From the NCBI RefSeq assembly GCF_009914755.1, contig NC_060948.1: a stretch of DNA of 64,000 nt. The stretch is one strand, 5' to 3'. The position numbers were made by a program, and so were the translations under genes. Every line of letters begins with the position of its first letter. Within the stretch, counting starts at the first letter, position 1. This DNA is from the human T2T-CHM13v2.0 reference genome, Homo sapiens. The notes under the pieces are model-generated. The model saw nothing but the letters and a program-made list of their open reading frames with translations, searched no databases and was not told the origin of the DNA. Positions 1 to 22,987 of the stretch are shown piece after piece.

Positions 1-3362
<3,362 letters not shown>

Positions 3363-4787
3363 AGATATTTCACATAAATGAAAATGAAAAGCAAGCAGTA
3401 GTAGCTATACTTTTATCAGACAAGTAAATATCAAGTCAAAGATGAAAAAGAGACAAAGAAGAACATTAGATCATAAGCCTATCAATTTAGCAAGAGAATA
3501 TAACAACTAAACATATATGCACCAAACACTGGACCACCCAGATATATAAAGCATACCTTACTAGATCTAAAGGAAGAGATAGATTCCAATATAATAATAC
3601 ACCCCACTCTCAACATTGGACAGATTATCTAGACTGAAAATCAACAAAGAATAATAGGATTTAAACTGGACCATATATCAAATGGACGTAACAAGCATTT
3701 ACAGAGCATTTCTTTCAACAACTGCAGAATTCACATTGTTTTGTTAGCATATGGAACATTCCCCAGGCTTGAAGATATGTTAGGACAAAAAACAAGTATG
3801 AGAAAAAAATTTTTAATCAAAATTATACCAAGTATCTTGTCTGACCACATGTAATAAAATGAAATCAATAACAAGAGGAACATTTGAAAATATACAAACA
3901 CATGGAAATTAAACAACAGGCTCTTGAACAACCAATGGGAGGAGGAAGAAATTAAGAATAAAAATTTAAAATTCCTTGAAACAAATGAAATTAGAAACAC
4001 ATACCAAAACCAATGGACAGCAAAAACAGTTTTAAGATGCACATTTATAGCAATAATAACCTACCTCAAAAAACTAAAAACAACTTAGCAATGTATCTCA
4101 AGGAACAAGAAAATCAAAACAAAAAAACTCAAAATTAGTAAAAGGAAAGAAACAATAAAGATCAGATTATAAATAAACAAAACTGAGACTAAAAAACAAT
4201 ACAAAATATCAACAAAATGAAAAGGTTTTTTTAAAGAGAGAAACAAAATCAACAAAACATTAGCCTGACTAAGAAAAAAAGAGAGAAGACCCAAATAAAT
4301 AACGCATAACACAGAAATACAAAAGATCATCATAGACTACTATGAACTACTACTACGAACTACTACTACTAGGCTAAGAAATAGGAAAACCTAGAAGAAA
4401 ATTGATTGATTATTCTTGGGTACATACAACCTACAAGGATGTGAATCAAGAAGAAATAGAAAACCTGAACAGACCAATAACAAGTTATGAGATTGAATCA
4501 GTAATAAGCCTCTCAACAAAGAAAAATTCAGAAGCGAATGACTTCACCACTGAATTGCACCAAATCTTTAAAGAAGAATTAATACCAATTCTTTCAAAGT
4601 ATTCTAAAAATTGAAATAGAGGACACTCTTTCTAACTCATTCTACAAGGCCAGTGTAACCAAAAACCAGACAAGGACACAGTAAAAACAAAAAACTACAG
4701 GCCAATATCCTCGATGAACATAGATTTTTAAATCCTCCACAGAATACTAATAAACTGAATCCAACAATACATCAAAAAGATAATACA
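3363..4787 (+). mobile_element. Older L1 fragment (endonuclease region to mid ORF2)
   Basis: L1 ORF2-like sequence (EEIENLNRPITSYEIESVI). Confidence 0.85.
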
Positions 4788-6776
<1,989 letters not shown>

Positions 6777-6856
6777 TGAAAGCCTAAACCTCTTTTCTTT
6801 ATAAATTACCCAGTCTCAAGTGTTTCTTTATGGCAATGCAAGAACAGCCTAACACA
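6777..6856 (+). mobile_element. MaLR (MST-type) LTR 3' fragment
   Basis: TAAACCTCTTTTCTTTATAAATTACCCAGTCTC...CTAACACA LTR end. Confidence 0.8.
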
Positions 6857-7489
6857 GTATTACATAATAATAAAGGATGCAATACAAGAAGAAGATTTAA
6901 CTATTCTAAATATATATGCACCCAGCATTGAGCACCCATATTCATAAAACAAGTTCTTCTTGGCCTATGAAAAGACTTAGACAACCACACAATCATAGTG
7001 GGTTCAACACCCCCCTGACAGTGTTAGACAGATCACCAATGCAGAAAACTAACAAAGAAACTGGACTTAAACTCAACCCTTGACTAATTGGGACTAATAG
7101 ATATCTACAGAACACTCCACCCAATAACCACAGAATATACATTCTTCTCATCTGCACACAGAACGTATTCTAAGATCAACCACATGTTCAGTCATAAAGC
7201 AAGTCTCAATAAATTAAAAAAAATAAAATTGTACCAAGCACACTCTCAGACCACAGTGCAATAAAAATAGAAATCAATATAAAGCAGATCTCTAAAAACT
7301 ACACAAATGCATGAAAATTAAACAACTTGCTCCTGAATGGCTCCTGAGTGAACATCAAAATTAAGGCAAAAAATTCTTTGAAATTAATGAAAATAGGGAC
7401 ATAACTTACCAAAATCTCTGGGATGCGGCTAAAGCTATGCTAAGAGAAAATGTTATAGCCCTAAACGCCTTCATCAAGAAGTTAGGATG

Positions 7490-8251
<762 letters not shown>

Positions 8252-10272
8252 GATCTCAAATTAACAATCTAATTTGATACCTAAAGAAACTAAGACAAAA
8301 AAAGAACAAATAAACCCCAAAGCTAGCAGAAGAAAAGAAATAAATTAGAGAACTTAAACTGAGATGCAAAAATCCATACAAAAAATCAATAAAACAAATA
8401 ATTGGCTCGAAACAATAAATAAGATTGATAGATTGCTAGCTAGATTAATAAAGAAAAAAGAAAATTCACATAAATACAATCAGAAATGACAAAGATGACG
8501 TTACATCTGATCTCACAGAAATACACAAGATCCTCAGAGAATACTATGAACAACTCTATGTACTCAAATTAGAAAATCTAGAGGAAATGGATAAATTCCT
8601 GGAAACACACAGTCTTCCAAGGTTGAATTAGGAAGTTATTAAAACCCTGAATAGACCAATATCAAACTTGGAAATTGAATCAGTAATAAAAACCTATCAA
8701 CCAATAAAAGCCCTGGACCAAATGGATTCACAGCCAAATTCTACCAGATATGTAAAGAAGAACTGGTATCAATACTACTGAAACTGTTCCAAAAAAATAG
8801 AGGAAGAGAGATATCTCCCTAACTCACTCTACGAGGTCAGCATCAGCCTAATACCAAAATCTGGCAGACATGTTGAAGAAAGAAATCTTCAGGCCAACAT
8901 CCCTGATGAAAACAGATGCAAAAATCTTCAACAAAGCACTAGCAAACCAAATTCAGCAGCACATCAAAAAGTTAATTCATCATGATTGATTAGGCTTTGT
9001 TCCTGGGATGCAAGGTTGGCTCAACATATGCAAATCAATAAATGTGATTCACTATGTAAATAGAGTTAAAAGCCAAAGCCATATGATCATCTCAATAGAC
9101 ACAGAAAGTTTTTGATAAAATCCAACATCCCTTCATGATTTAAGAAAAAAAAAACCTCAACAGGCTAGGCATTTAAAAAACATACTTCAAATTAATAAGA
9201 GCCATATATGACAAACCCACAGCCAATATCATGCTAAACAGTCAAAAGCAGGAACTATTCCCCTTGAGAAGTGGAACAAGACAAGGATGTCCACTCTCAC
9301 CACTTCTATTCAACATAGTTCTGAAAATCTTAGCCAGAGCAATTAGGCAAGAGAAAGAAATCAAAGGCATCCAAATAAGAAAAGGAGTCAAATTATCTCT
9401 CTTCACTGACAATATGATTCTATACTTAGAAAACCGTAAAGACTTTGCCAAAAAGCTACTAGAACTGATACATGATTTTAGCAAGGTTTCAGAATACAAA
9501 ATAAATGTGCAAACTCAGTAGCATTTCTATAAACCAATAACGCCCAGGCTGACAGTAAAACCAAAAGCACAATCCCATTTACAACACCCACAAATAAAAT
9601 GAAATACCAAGGAATACAGCTAACCAAGGAGGTGAAAGATCTTTACAAGGAGAACTACAAACCACTGCCGAAATAAATCAGAAATGACACAAATAAGTGT
9701 AAAAACATTCCATGCTCATGGATTGGAAGAATCAATATTGTTAAAATGACCATACTGCCCAAAGCAATTTACAGATTCAACACTATTCCTATCAAACTAT
9801 TGACATCATTATTCACAGAATTAGGGGAAAAAACTATTCTAAAATTTATATGGAACTAAAAAAGAGCATGGATAGCCAAAGCAATCTGAAGCAAAAAGAA
9901 CAGCACACTACCCAACTTTATGCTACAGGGCTACAGTAACCAAAACACCATGGTACTGGCTCAAAAACAGACACATAAAACAATGGATCAGAACAGAAAA
10001 CTCATAAATAAAGCCACACACCTACAACCACCAGATCTTCAAAAAGGCCAACAAAAATAAGCAATGGAGAAAGGGCTCCCTATTAAATAAATGGTGCTGG
10101 GATAACAGGCTATCCATCTACAGAAGAATGAAAACTATACCCTTACTTTTCATCATATTCAAAAAATAACTCAAGGGATTAAAGATTTAAATGTAAGACC
10201 TCAAAGTATAAAAATCCTAGAAAACCTAGGAAATACCCTTCTCAACATCTGCCTTGGCAAAGAATTTATGGC

Positions 10273-12647
10273 TGATATGGTTCAGCCATGTCCCCACCCA
10301 AATCTCACCTTGAATTATAATAATCCCCACATGTCAAAGGCAGGGCCAGGTGGAAATAATTGAATCATGGGGAAGTTTCCTCTATACTGTCCTTGTGGTA
10401 GTGAATAAGTCTCACAAGATCTGATGCTTTTATAAATGGGAATTCCCCTGCACAAGCTATCTTGCCTGCCGCCATGTAAGATGTGACTTTGCTCTTCATT
10501 CACCTTCTGCCATGATTGTGAGGCCTCCCTAGCCATGTAGAATTGTGAGTAAATTAAACCTATTTCCTTTATAAATTACCTAGTCTCAGGTATGTCTTTA
10601 TTAGCATGAGAATAGACTGATACAGTAAATTGGTACTGGTAGAGTGGAATGCAGCTGTAAAGATACATGAAAACGTGAAAGTGACTTTGGAACCAGGTGA
10701 CAGGCAGAGATTGGAACAGTTTGGAAGGCTCAGAATAAGGTAGAAAAATGTGGGCAAGTTTATAACTTCCTAGAGACTGGGAGGGCTCAGAAGAAGGCAG
10801 AAAGATGTAGGAAAGTTTGCAACTTCCTAGAGACTTGTTGAATGGCTCTGACCAAAATGCTGATAGTGATATGGACAATAAAGCCCAGGCTGAGGTGGTC
10901 TCAGATGGAGACGAGGAACTCATTGGGAACTGGAGCAAAGGTGATTCTTGCTATGTTTTAGCAAAGAGCTTGGCGGCACTTTGTCCCTGCCCTAGAGATC
11001 TGTGGAACTTTCAACCTGAATGAGATGATTTAGGGTATCTGGTGGAAGAAATTTCTAAGCAGCAAAGCATTCAAGAGGTGACTTGGGTGCTGTTAAAAGC
11101 ATTCAGTTTTATGCATTCACAAAGATACGGTTTGGAATAGGAACATAGGTTTAAAGGGGAAGCAGAGCATAAAAGTTTGGAAAATTTGCAGCTAGAAGAT
11201 CCGATAGAAAAGAAAAACACATTTTCTGAGGAGAAATTCAAGCCAGCTGCAGAAATTTGCATACATAACAAGGAGCCAAATGTTAATCACCAACACAGTG
11301 GGGAAAATGTCTCCAGGGCATATCGGAGGTCTTCACAGCAGTCCCTCCCATCACAGGCCTGGAGACCTAGGAGAAAAAATGATTTAATGGGCAGGGCCCA
11401 GGGCCTTGCTGCTTTGTGCAGTCTCGGGACTTGGTGCCCTGCATCCCAGCCATGGCTAAAAGGGGCCAATGTAGAGCTTAGGCCATTGCTTCAGAGGATG
11501 CAAGCCCCAAGTCTTGGTGGCTTCCATGTGGTGTTGGGCCTGTGGGTGAACAAAAGTCAAGTATAGAGGTTTGGGAACCCCTACCTAGATTTTAGAGGAT
11601 GTATGGAAACATCTGGAAGTCCAAGCAGAAGTCTGCTGGAGGGACAGAGCCCTCATAGAGAACCTCTGTTAGGGCAGTGTGGGAGGGAAATGTAGGGGTG
11701 GAGCCCCCAACACAGAGTTTCCACTGGGGCACTGCCTAGTAGAACTGTGAGAAGAGGGCCACCATCCTCCAGACCCCAGAATGGTAGATTCACCGACAGC
11801 TTGCACCAGGTGCCTGGAAAAGCTGCAGACACTCAATGCGAGTCCATGAAAGCAGCTGGGAGGGAGGCTGTACCCTGCAAAGCCACAGGGGCAGAACTGC
11901 CCAAGGCTGTGGGAGCCCATCTCTTGCATCAGCATGACCTGGATGTGAGACATGGAGTCAAGAGTGATCATTTCAGGGCTCTGAGATTTGACTTCCCCAT
12001 TGGATTTTGGACTTGCATGGGGCCTGTAGCCCCTTCGTTCTGGCCAATTTCTCCCATTTGGAATGGGTATTTACACAATGCCCATACCTCCATTATATCC
12101 AGGATGTAACTAACTTGCTTTTGATTTTATAGGCTCATAGGTGGAAGGGACTTGACTTGTCTCAAATGAGACTTTGGACTGTGGACTTTTGAGTTGATGC
12201 TGAAATGAGTTAAGACTTTGAGGGCTGTTGGGAAAGCATGATTGGTTTCGAATTGTGAAGATATGAGGTTTTGGAGGGACCAGGAGTGGAATGATATGGT
12301 TTGGCTGTGTCCCCACCCAAATCTCACCTTGATTTGTAATAACCCCCATGTGTCAAGGGTGGGGCCAGGTGGAGATAATTGAATCATGGGTGCAGTTTCC
12401 CCAATACTGTTCTCATGATAGTGAATAAGTCTCAGGAGATCTGATGGTTTTATAATTGGGAGTTCCCTTGCACAAGCTCTCTTGCCTGCTACTATGTAAG
12501 ATGTGACTTTGCTCCTCATTCACCTTCCACCATGATTGTGAGGCCTCCCCAGCCATGTGGGACTATGAGTCAATTAAACCTCTTTCATTTATAAATTACC
12601 CAGTCTTAGGTATGTCTTTATCAGCAGCATGAGAACAGACTAATACA
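10273..12647 (+). mobile_element. Full-length THE1 MaLR element (LTR 10273-10624, internal region, LTR 12292-12647)
   Basis: Two similar LTRs TGATATGG...ATACA, 5-bp TSD ATGGC. Confidence 0.95.
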
Positions 12648-12873
12648 ATGGCTAAGTGCCCAAAAGCAATTGCAACAAAAACAAAAAATTGAAAAATGGG
12701 ACCTAATTAATAAACAGATTCTGCACAGCAAAAGAAATCATCAACAGAGTAAACAGACAATCTACAGAATGGGAGACAATATTCACAGACTATATATCCA
12801 AAAAAGGTCTAATATCCAGAATATACAAGGAATTGAAACAAATCAACAAGCAAAAAACAATCCCATTTTTTTA

Positions 12874-14066
12874 AATGAGCATTTCTCTAATAATCAGTGA
12901 TATTGAGCTTTTCTCATATATTTGTTGGCTGCATGAATGTCTTCTTTTGGAACGTGTCTGTTCATGTCCTTTGCCCACTTTTTCATGGGGTTGTTTGTTT
13001 TTCTTGTAAATTTGTTTAAGTGCCTTGTAGACTCTAGATATTAGACCTTTGTCAGATAACTGGATTGCAAAAATTTTCTCCCATTCTGTAGGTTTTCTGT
13101 TCACTTTGATTATAGTTTCTTCTGCTGTGCAAATGCTCTTCAGTTTAATTAGATCTCATTTGTCAGTTTTTGCTTTTGCTGCAATTGCTTTTGGTGGTTT
13201 CATCATGAAATCTTTGCTCGTGCCTATGTCCTGAGTGGTACTGCCTAGATTTTCTTCTAGGGTTTTTACAGTTTGAGGCTTTACACTTAAGTCTTTAATC
13301 CATCTTGAGTTAATTTTTGTATAAGGTGTAATCAAAATCACAATGAGATACCATATCACACCAATCAGAATGGCAATTATTAAAAAGTCAAGAAACAACA
13401 GATGCTGGCAAGGTTGTGAAGGAAAAGGAACAGTTTTACACTGTTGGCGGGAATGTAAATTAGTTCAACCATTGTGGAAGATAACGTAGTGATTCCTCAA
13501 AGAGATAAAGACAGAAACACCATTTGACCCAGCAATCCCATTACTGAGTATATACCCAAAGGAATATAAATCATTCCATTATAAAGATAACTGTATGCGT
13601 ATGTTGATTGAAGCGCTATTCACAATAGCAAAGATATGGAGTCAACCTAAATGCCTATCAATGATAGACTGGATAAAGAAAATGTGGTACATATATACCA
13701 TGGAATACTATGCAGCCATAAAAAGTAAAAAAGAGCATGTCCTTTGCAGGGACATGGATGGACTGGAAGCCATTATCCTCAGCAAACTAATGCAGGAACA
13801 GAAAACAAAATACCAGAAGTTCTTGTTTATAAGTGTGAGCTAAATGGTGAGAACACATGGACACATAAAGGGGAACAACACACATTGGGGCCTTTTGGAG
13901 GGTGGAGGGTTGGAGTGCATCAGGAAGAATAGCTAATGGATGCTGGGCTTAATACCTAGGTGATGGGTTGATTTGTGCAGCAAACCACCATGGCACACAT
14001 TTACCTATGTAACAAACCTGCACATCCTGCACATGTACCCTGGAACTTAAAATAAAAGTTGATGGA
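12874..14066 (+). mobile_element. 5'-inverted (twin-primed) L1PA insertion: ~12880-13329 inverted, 13330-14066 sense
   Basis: The two pieces are adjacent in L1 (AGAGAAATGC / ATCAAAATCACAATGAG) but in opposite orientation. Confidence 0.85.
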
Positions 14067-14472
14067 AAAAATGGGCAAAGGACATGAACAGACAATTCTC
14101 AAAAGAACACATACATACAGCCAATAAGCATAGGGAAAAAGCTCAATATCACTGATTATTAGAGAAATGCAAAGCAAAACCACAACAATATAGCATCTCA
14201 CACAAGTCAGAATGACTATTAGAAAAAGTTGAAAAGCAACAGATGCTAGTGAGGCTGCAGAGAAAAGGGAACACTAATATACTGTTGGTGGAAATGAAAA
14301 TTAATTCAGCCACTGTAGAGAGCAGTTTGGAGATTTCTCAAAGAACTAAGAATTAAACTATCATTTGACCCAGCAATCCCGATACTGGGTGTATATCCAA
14401 AGGGAAATAAATCATTCTACCAAAAAGACACATGCACCCATATGTTCATTGCAGTACTATATTCAAAATTGC

Positions 14473-14769
14473 AGGCTGAGCACTATGGATCACGCCTGTA
14501 ATCCCAGCACTTTGGGAGGCCAAGGCGGGCGGATTGCCTGAGGTCAGGAGTTTGAGACAAGCCTGGCCAACGTGGCGAAATCTCATCTCTACTAAAAATA
14601 CAAAAATTAGCCGGAGATGGTGGTGGACACCTGTAATTCCAGCTACTGGGGAGACTGAGGCAGGAGAATCACTTGAACTGAGGAGGTGGATGTTGTAGTG
14701 AGCCAAGATCATGCCACTGCACTCCAGCCTGGGCAACAGAGCGAGACTCCGTCTCAAAAAAAAAAAAAA
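14473..14769 (+). mobile_element. AluS
   Basis: Full Alu with A-tail. Confidence 0.92.
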
Positions 14770-15148
14770 TAGAAAAGACATGGAATCACCTATGTGCCCA
14801 TAAATGGTATATTTGATAAAGAAAATGTGGTACAAATACACCATGGAATACTATGCAGCCATAAAAAGAATGAAATCATGTCCTTTGCAGCAACATGGAT
14901 GGAACTGGATGCCATAATCCCAAGAGAATTAACACAGGAACAGAAAACCAAATACCACATGTTCTCGCAAGTAAGAGCTAAAGATTGAGCACACATAGAT
15001 ATAAAAATGGGAACAATAGACCCTGTGGACTACTAGAGGTGGGAGGGGGTGAGGGAGAGTGGATTGAAAAACTTCCTAATGGGCACTAGACTCACTATAA
15101 TATACCCATGTAACAAACCTGCACATGTACCCTCTATATCTAAAATAA

Positions 15149-15462
<314 letters not shown>

Positions 15463-15522
15463 AAAAGTTGAAATTTTTTTAATGAGACAGAGATATTGGA
15501 TCCTGAAAAGAAAAGAAATCAA

Positions 15523-18149
<2,627 letters not shown>

Positions 18150-18508
18150 TAGTACTCTATACTTTTCTTTCCTAATACTTATCACAGTTTAGAACTATAT
18201 TTATTGATTTTATTTATATTCTGTTTCCCCCACTAGACTTGTCCACTAAATGTAAACTATGTCTGTTTGGCTTACTATCCTATTTCCAGAACCTGGCACA
18301 TAGTAGGCACTCAATAAATTTGTGTTGAATGACTACACGACACCATAATCCTTGCGATCACCCAATCTAGAAACTTGGGAGTTATCCTCCCTCATTTGCC
18401 ATGTTGTGACTCCACAATGAGTCATCAATTCTTATAGATTTTACTTCCTCAACAACTCATATCTATCACCAGTGCTCATATCATTTCTTAAAGCATGTAA
18501 TAGTTCCC

Positions 18509-18619
18509 TTTTTTTTTTTTAGATGAAGTCTCACTCTGTCACCCAGGCGGGAGTGCAGTGGCATAACCTTGGCTCACTGCAACATCTGCCTCCTAGGTTC
18601 AAGTGATTCTCCTGCCTCA
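18509..18619 (-). mobile_element. Truncated Alu right arm
   Basis: Poly-T followed by AGATGAAGTCTCACTCTGTCACCCAGG. Confidence 0.85.
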
Positions 18620-18803
18620 AAAGCCTATTTTCGTCATATAAAGTTCCTAAACAGGGACATTCTCAGTTGCCTCTGTTATCATGGTAGTTTTGTTCACCAT
18701 GTATTTTGAGATGGGTTTTTTGAGCTCTCATTACCTTTATAGTTTATAACATAGTTGCCTACTGAAGTGTATTTATTTTGTAATAAAGGCTACCATTACC
18801 AAA

Positions 18804-20954
18804 TGATAGGTTTGGCTCTGTCCCCACCCAAATCTCATCTTGAATTTCCATGTGTTGTCGGAGGGACCCAGTGGGAGATCACTGAATCATGGGGGCAAGT
18901 CTTTCTCAGGCTCTTCTCATGATAGTGAATAAGTCTCACAAGATCTGATGGTTTTAAAAAGGGGAGTTCCCCTGCACAAGCTCTCTTCTCTTGTCTGCCA
19001 CCATGTGAGATGTACCTTTCACCTTCCACCATGATTGTGAGGCCTCCTCAGCCATGTGGAACTGTAAGTCCAATAAAACTCTTTCTTTTGTAAATTGCAC
19101 AATCTTGGGTATGCCTTTATCAGCAGCATGAAAACGGACTAATACAGTAAATTGGTACCAGTAGAGTGCAGTGCTGCTGAAAAGATACCCGAAAATGTGG
19201 AAATGACTTTGGAACTTGATAACAGGCAGAGGTTGGAACAGTTTGGAGGGCTCAGAAGGAGACAGGAAAATGTGGGAAAGTTTGGAACTTCCTAGAGACT
19301 TGTTGAATGGCTTTGACAAAAATGCTGATAGTGATATGGACAATGAAATCCAGGCTGAGGTGATCTCAGATGGAGATGAGGAACTTGTTGGGAACTGGAG
19401 TGAGGGTTACTCTTGCTATGTTTTAGCAAAGATACTGGCAGCATTTTGCTCCTGCCCTAGAGATTTGTGGAACTTTGAACTTGAGAGAGATGATTTAGGG
19501 TATCTGGTAGAAGAAATTTCTAAGCAGCAAAGCATTCAAGAGATGACTTGGGTGTTGTTAAAGGCATTCAGTTTTAAAAGGGAAACAGAGCATAAAAGTT
19601 TGGAAAATTTGCAGCCTGACAGTGCAATAGAAAAGAAAATCCCATTTTTTAAGGAGAAATTCAAGCTGGCTGCAGAAATTTGCATAAGTAACAAGGAGCT
19701 GAATATTAATCACCAAGACAATGGGGAAAATATCTCCAGGGCATGTCAGAGACCTTTGTGGCAGCCCCTCCCATCACAGGCCCAGAGGTTTGGGAGGATA
19801 AAATTGTTTTGTGGGCTGGGCCCAGTGTCCCTCTGCTGTGTGCAGTCTAGGGGCTTAGCGCACTGCATCCCAGCCACTTCAGCTGTAACTAGAGAACCTC
19901 AGCCTAGATTTCAGAAGATGTATGGAAAAGGCTGGATGTCCAGGCAGAAGCTTGCTGCAGGGGTGGGCCCTCATGAAGAACCTCTGCTAGGGCAGTGCAG
20001 AAGGGAAATGTGGGGTCAGAGCCCCCACACAGAGTCCCTACTAGGGCAGTGCCTAGTGGAGCTGTGAGAAGAGGGCCACTGTCCTCCAGATCTCAGAATG
20101 GTAGATCCATTGACAGCTTGCACCGTGCACCTGGAAAAGCCACAGACACTCAATGCCAGCCTGGGAAAGCAACCAGAAGGGAGGCTATACCCTGCAAAGC
20201 CACAGGGGATGAGTTGCCCAAGACCATAGGAAACCACCTCTTGCATCAGCATGACCTGGATGTGAGACACGGAGTCAAAGGAGATCACTTTGGAGCTTTA
20301 AGATTTGACTGCCCCGCTGGATTTCAGACTTGCATGGGGCCTATAGCCCTTTGTTTTGGACAACTTCTCCCATTTGAAATGGCTGTATTTAAACAATGCC
20401 TGTACCCCCATTGTATCTAGGAAGTAACTAACTTGCTTTTGATTTTACAAGCTCATAGGTGGAAGGGACTTACCTTGTCTTGAATGAGATTTTGGACTGC
20501 AGACTTTTGAGTTAATGCTGAAATGAATTAAGACTTTAGGGGACTGTTGGGAAGGCATGATTGGTTTTGAATTGTGAGGACATGAGATTTGGGAGAGGCC
20601 ACGGGTGGAATGACATGGTTTGGCTGTGCCCCAACCCAAATGTCATCTTGAATTTCCATGTGTTGTGAGAGGGACCCAGTGGGAAGTAATTGAATTATGG
20701 GGATGGGTCTTTCCCATGCTGTTCTCATGATAGTGAAGAAGTCTCACAGTATCTGGTGGTTTTATAAAGGGGAGTTCCCCCGCACAAGCTTTGTTCTCTT
20801 GTCTGCTTCCATGTGAGGCGTGCCTTTCACCTTCCACCATGATTGTGAAGCCTCCCAAGCCACGTGGAACTGTAAGTCCAATAAACCTCTTTCTTTCGTA
20901 AATTGCTCAATCTTGGATATGTCCTTATCAGCAGTGTGAAAATGGACTAATACA
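18804..20954 (+). mobile_element. Second full-length THE1 MaLR element (LTR 18804-19146, LTR 20611-20954)
   Basis: Paired LTRs, TSD CCAAA; internal region homologous to 10625-12291. Confidence 0.95.
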
Positions 20955-21706
20955 CCAAATATCTACCATGTGACAGATAATAACATTATGAGGTAAGTAT
21001 TTATTGTTGTTATCATTATCTGAATTTAAGCGTGGTACTGAAGGCTTGGAGAGGTTAAGTAATACCCCCAAAGCCACACAGCTGTGACAAAGGCAAGATT
21101 CAAACCCTGGTTTATTTGATTAACAGAGTCTCTTCTCTTTTTACCACATCATTATTATCTCCAGTCATTAGAACCTATATTGTCATTGCCCACATGTTAC
21201 TAGCTCTTCATAAGTTTTGAAGTACTCTGATACATTATCTCATTGAATCCTATTACAATGGTCTGGGAATGTGAGGCTTAGAGAGAAGTCCCTTGACCTA
21301 GGTCACAGAGTGAGCTAATGGAATTCAAGGCTTCTGACTCTGTCTGTATCGCTTTCCATTATATCACGCTTTGTTAGTACTCTCAGACAGGAAACTCATT
21401 TCTTTCTCATATTAGCTGTCAGCACAGAATTGAGCGCAAAGTTGCTGCTTAATATGTTTCTTGGTTTTAAAACTTAATTTAAAATAACGCTCAGGATTTT
21501 TACAAGTACAGCTTCCTAACAACTTGAGTGATAATATCTATCCCTTTAGTTTCTCAGAAAATAGAGTTTTCCTAAATTAATGTATTCATACTTGCTTGGT
21601 ATATAACCAACCCTTAATTACTTCTTGCTTTCAAATCTTCAGTAACTTAACACTCTCTACAGTCTTCTAAATAGAATCAAATTATCTTACTTTATGATTT
21701 TGTATT

Positions 21707-21987
21707 CACAGGGTCTCACTCTGTCACTCAGGCTGGAGTGCAGTGGTGCAATCAGGGCTTACTGCAGCCTCAACCTCCTTAGGATCAGGTGATCCTCCCA
21801 CATCAGCCTCCTGAGTAGCTGGGACTACAGCCACGTGCCACCATAACCAGTTAACTTTTGTATTTTCTGCAGAGACAGAGTCTCACTATGTTGCCCAGCT
21901 GGTCTCAAACTCCTGAGCTCAACAAATCTGCCCGCCTCAGCCTCCCAAAGTGCTAGGATTACAGGTGTGAGCCACCGCACCCAGCCT
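21707..21987 (-). mobile_element. AluJ
   Basis: Antisense Alu with J-type features. Confidence 0.88.
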
Positions 21988-22492
21988 ATGATCTCTTTTT
22001 CTCAGCAACATCCTTTTTTCTTTAATCTAGTCCTCCACTTAAATGCCAGTTCACAGAAACAGCAGAGAACTTTTCTACATACCTAAGAAATATCACCACT
22101 GTCCTCCTTTACAATATTCTTGTGTTCAAATACACAGTGAATTAAAGATGATTCTTAACATCTTAACTACTCACATTTCAGGTGGGAATTTTCTTTTAGT
22201 CTGTTGACACTAACACAAACATCATTGCTGCAGATTAAGCAATACTGTGCATTTTGGGGGGAAGGGTTCAGTCTTGGGTGAAAGGGTATAGTGACAATGA
22301 ATCAGGAGCTTGAAAATGACCCACCCTGCTGCCAGCACTGCTACAGAATCTCTTGGTGGAGAGCCCAGATCCCTTCCAGTAAGCTGCTTAAAGTGTTTGA
22401 TTCCATTTTTTATTTGGTTGCCAATTCATTAAGTGGTTAACCTTGGACTGCATCTATCAAGCATTTAATTAATTAAGGCTAGTTTGAAATAC

Positions 22493-22554
22493 CTTTTGAA
22501 ACGTTACTAATTTCAATACACCATGCTGGCACATTTTTAAGAATCCAGCAATTG
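22493..22554 (-). pseudogene. Relic exon, end of CNBD (module III)
   Basis: TATTTCAG acceptor, AAG|GTATTT donor; LL/ILK...HGVLKL resembles the LxVLxKxDLxxVL helix. Confidence 0.55.
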
Positions 22555-22987
22555 CTGAAATACGAAATCATCTTCACTAAGATGCAATAGTTGCCAGAAA
22601 AGCACTAATCAAGAGCTAGTTGTTATGATGAAAGGGTAAAAGCAATACAACATATTTTCTTTCCTCACAGTCTGAAAGAAGGAGAAAGGTGGTGATAATC
22701 ACAGTTTTATGTAAGTTCAGAGCTAGAAAGCCTCCAAGGGACTACATAATCTCTTCTCTTTATTGTAAAATGGGGAAAGTGAAACACAGTACACTAAGTT
22801 AGTAGCAAAGTCAGGATTAGATTCCATGGCTCTAGTATATAACTATCCCCCATTTCCAGAATGACTTTTATTATGGAAAATTATTTTATTTCACTACTCG
22901 CCCATTCTACACTTCTATAGAGAATACTAGGGTGAGTTTGTAATGATGCTAAATAGCATTTGTGCATGTCATTAAAAAATTGCTGAC

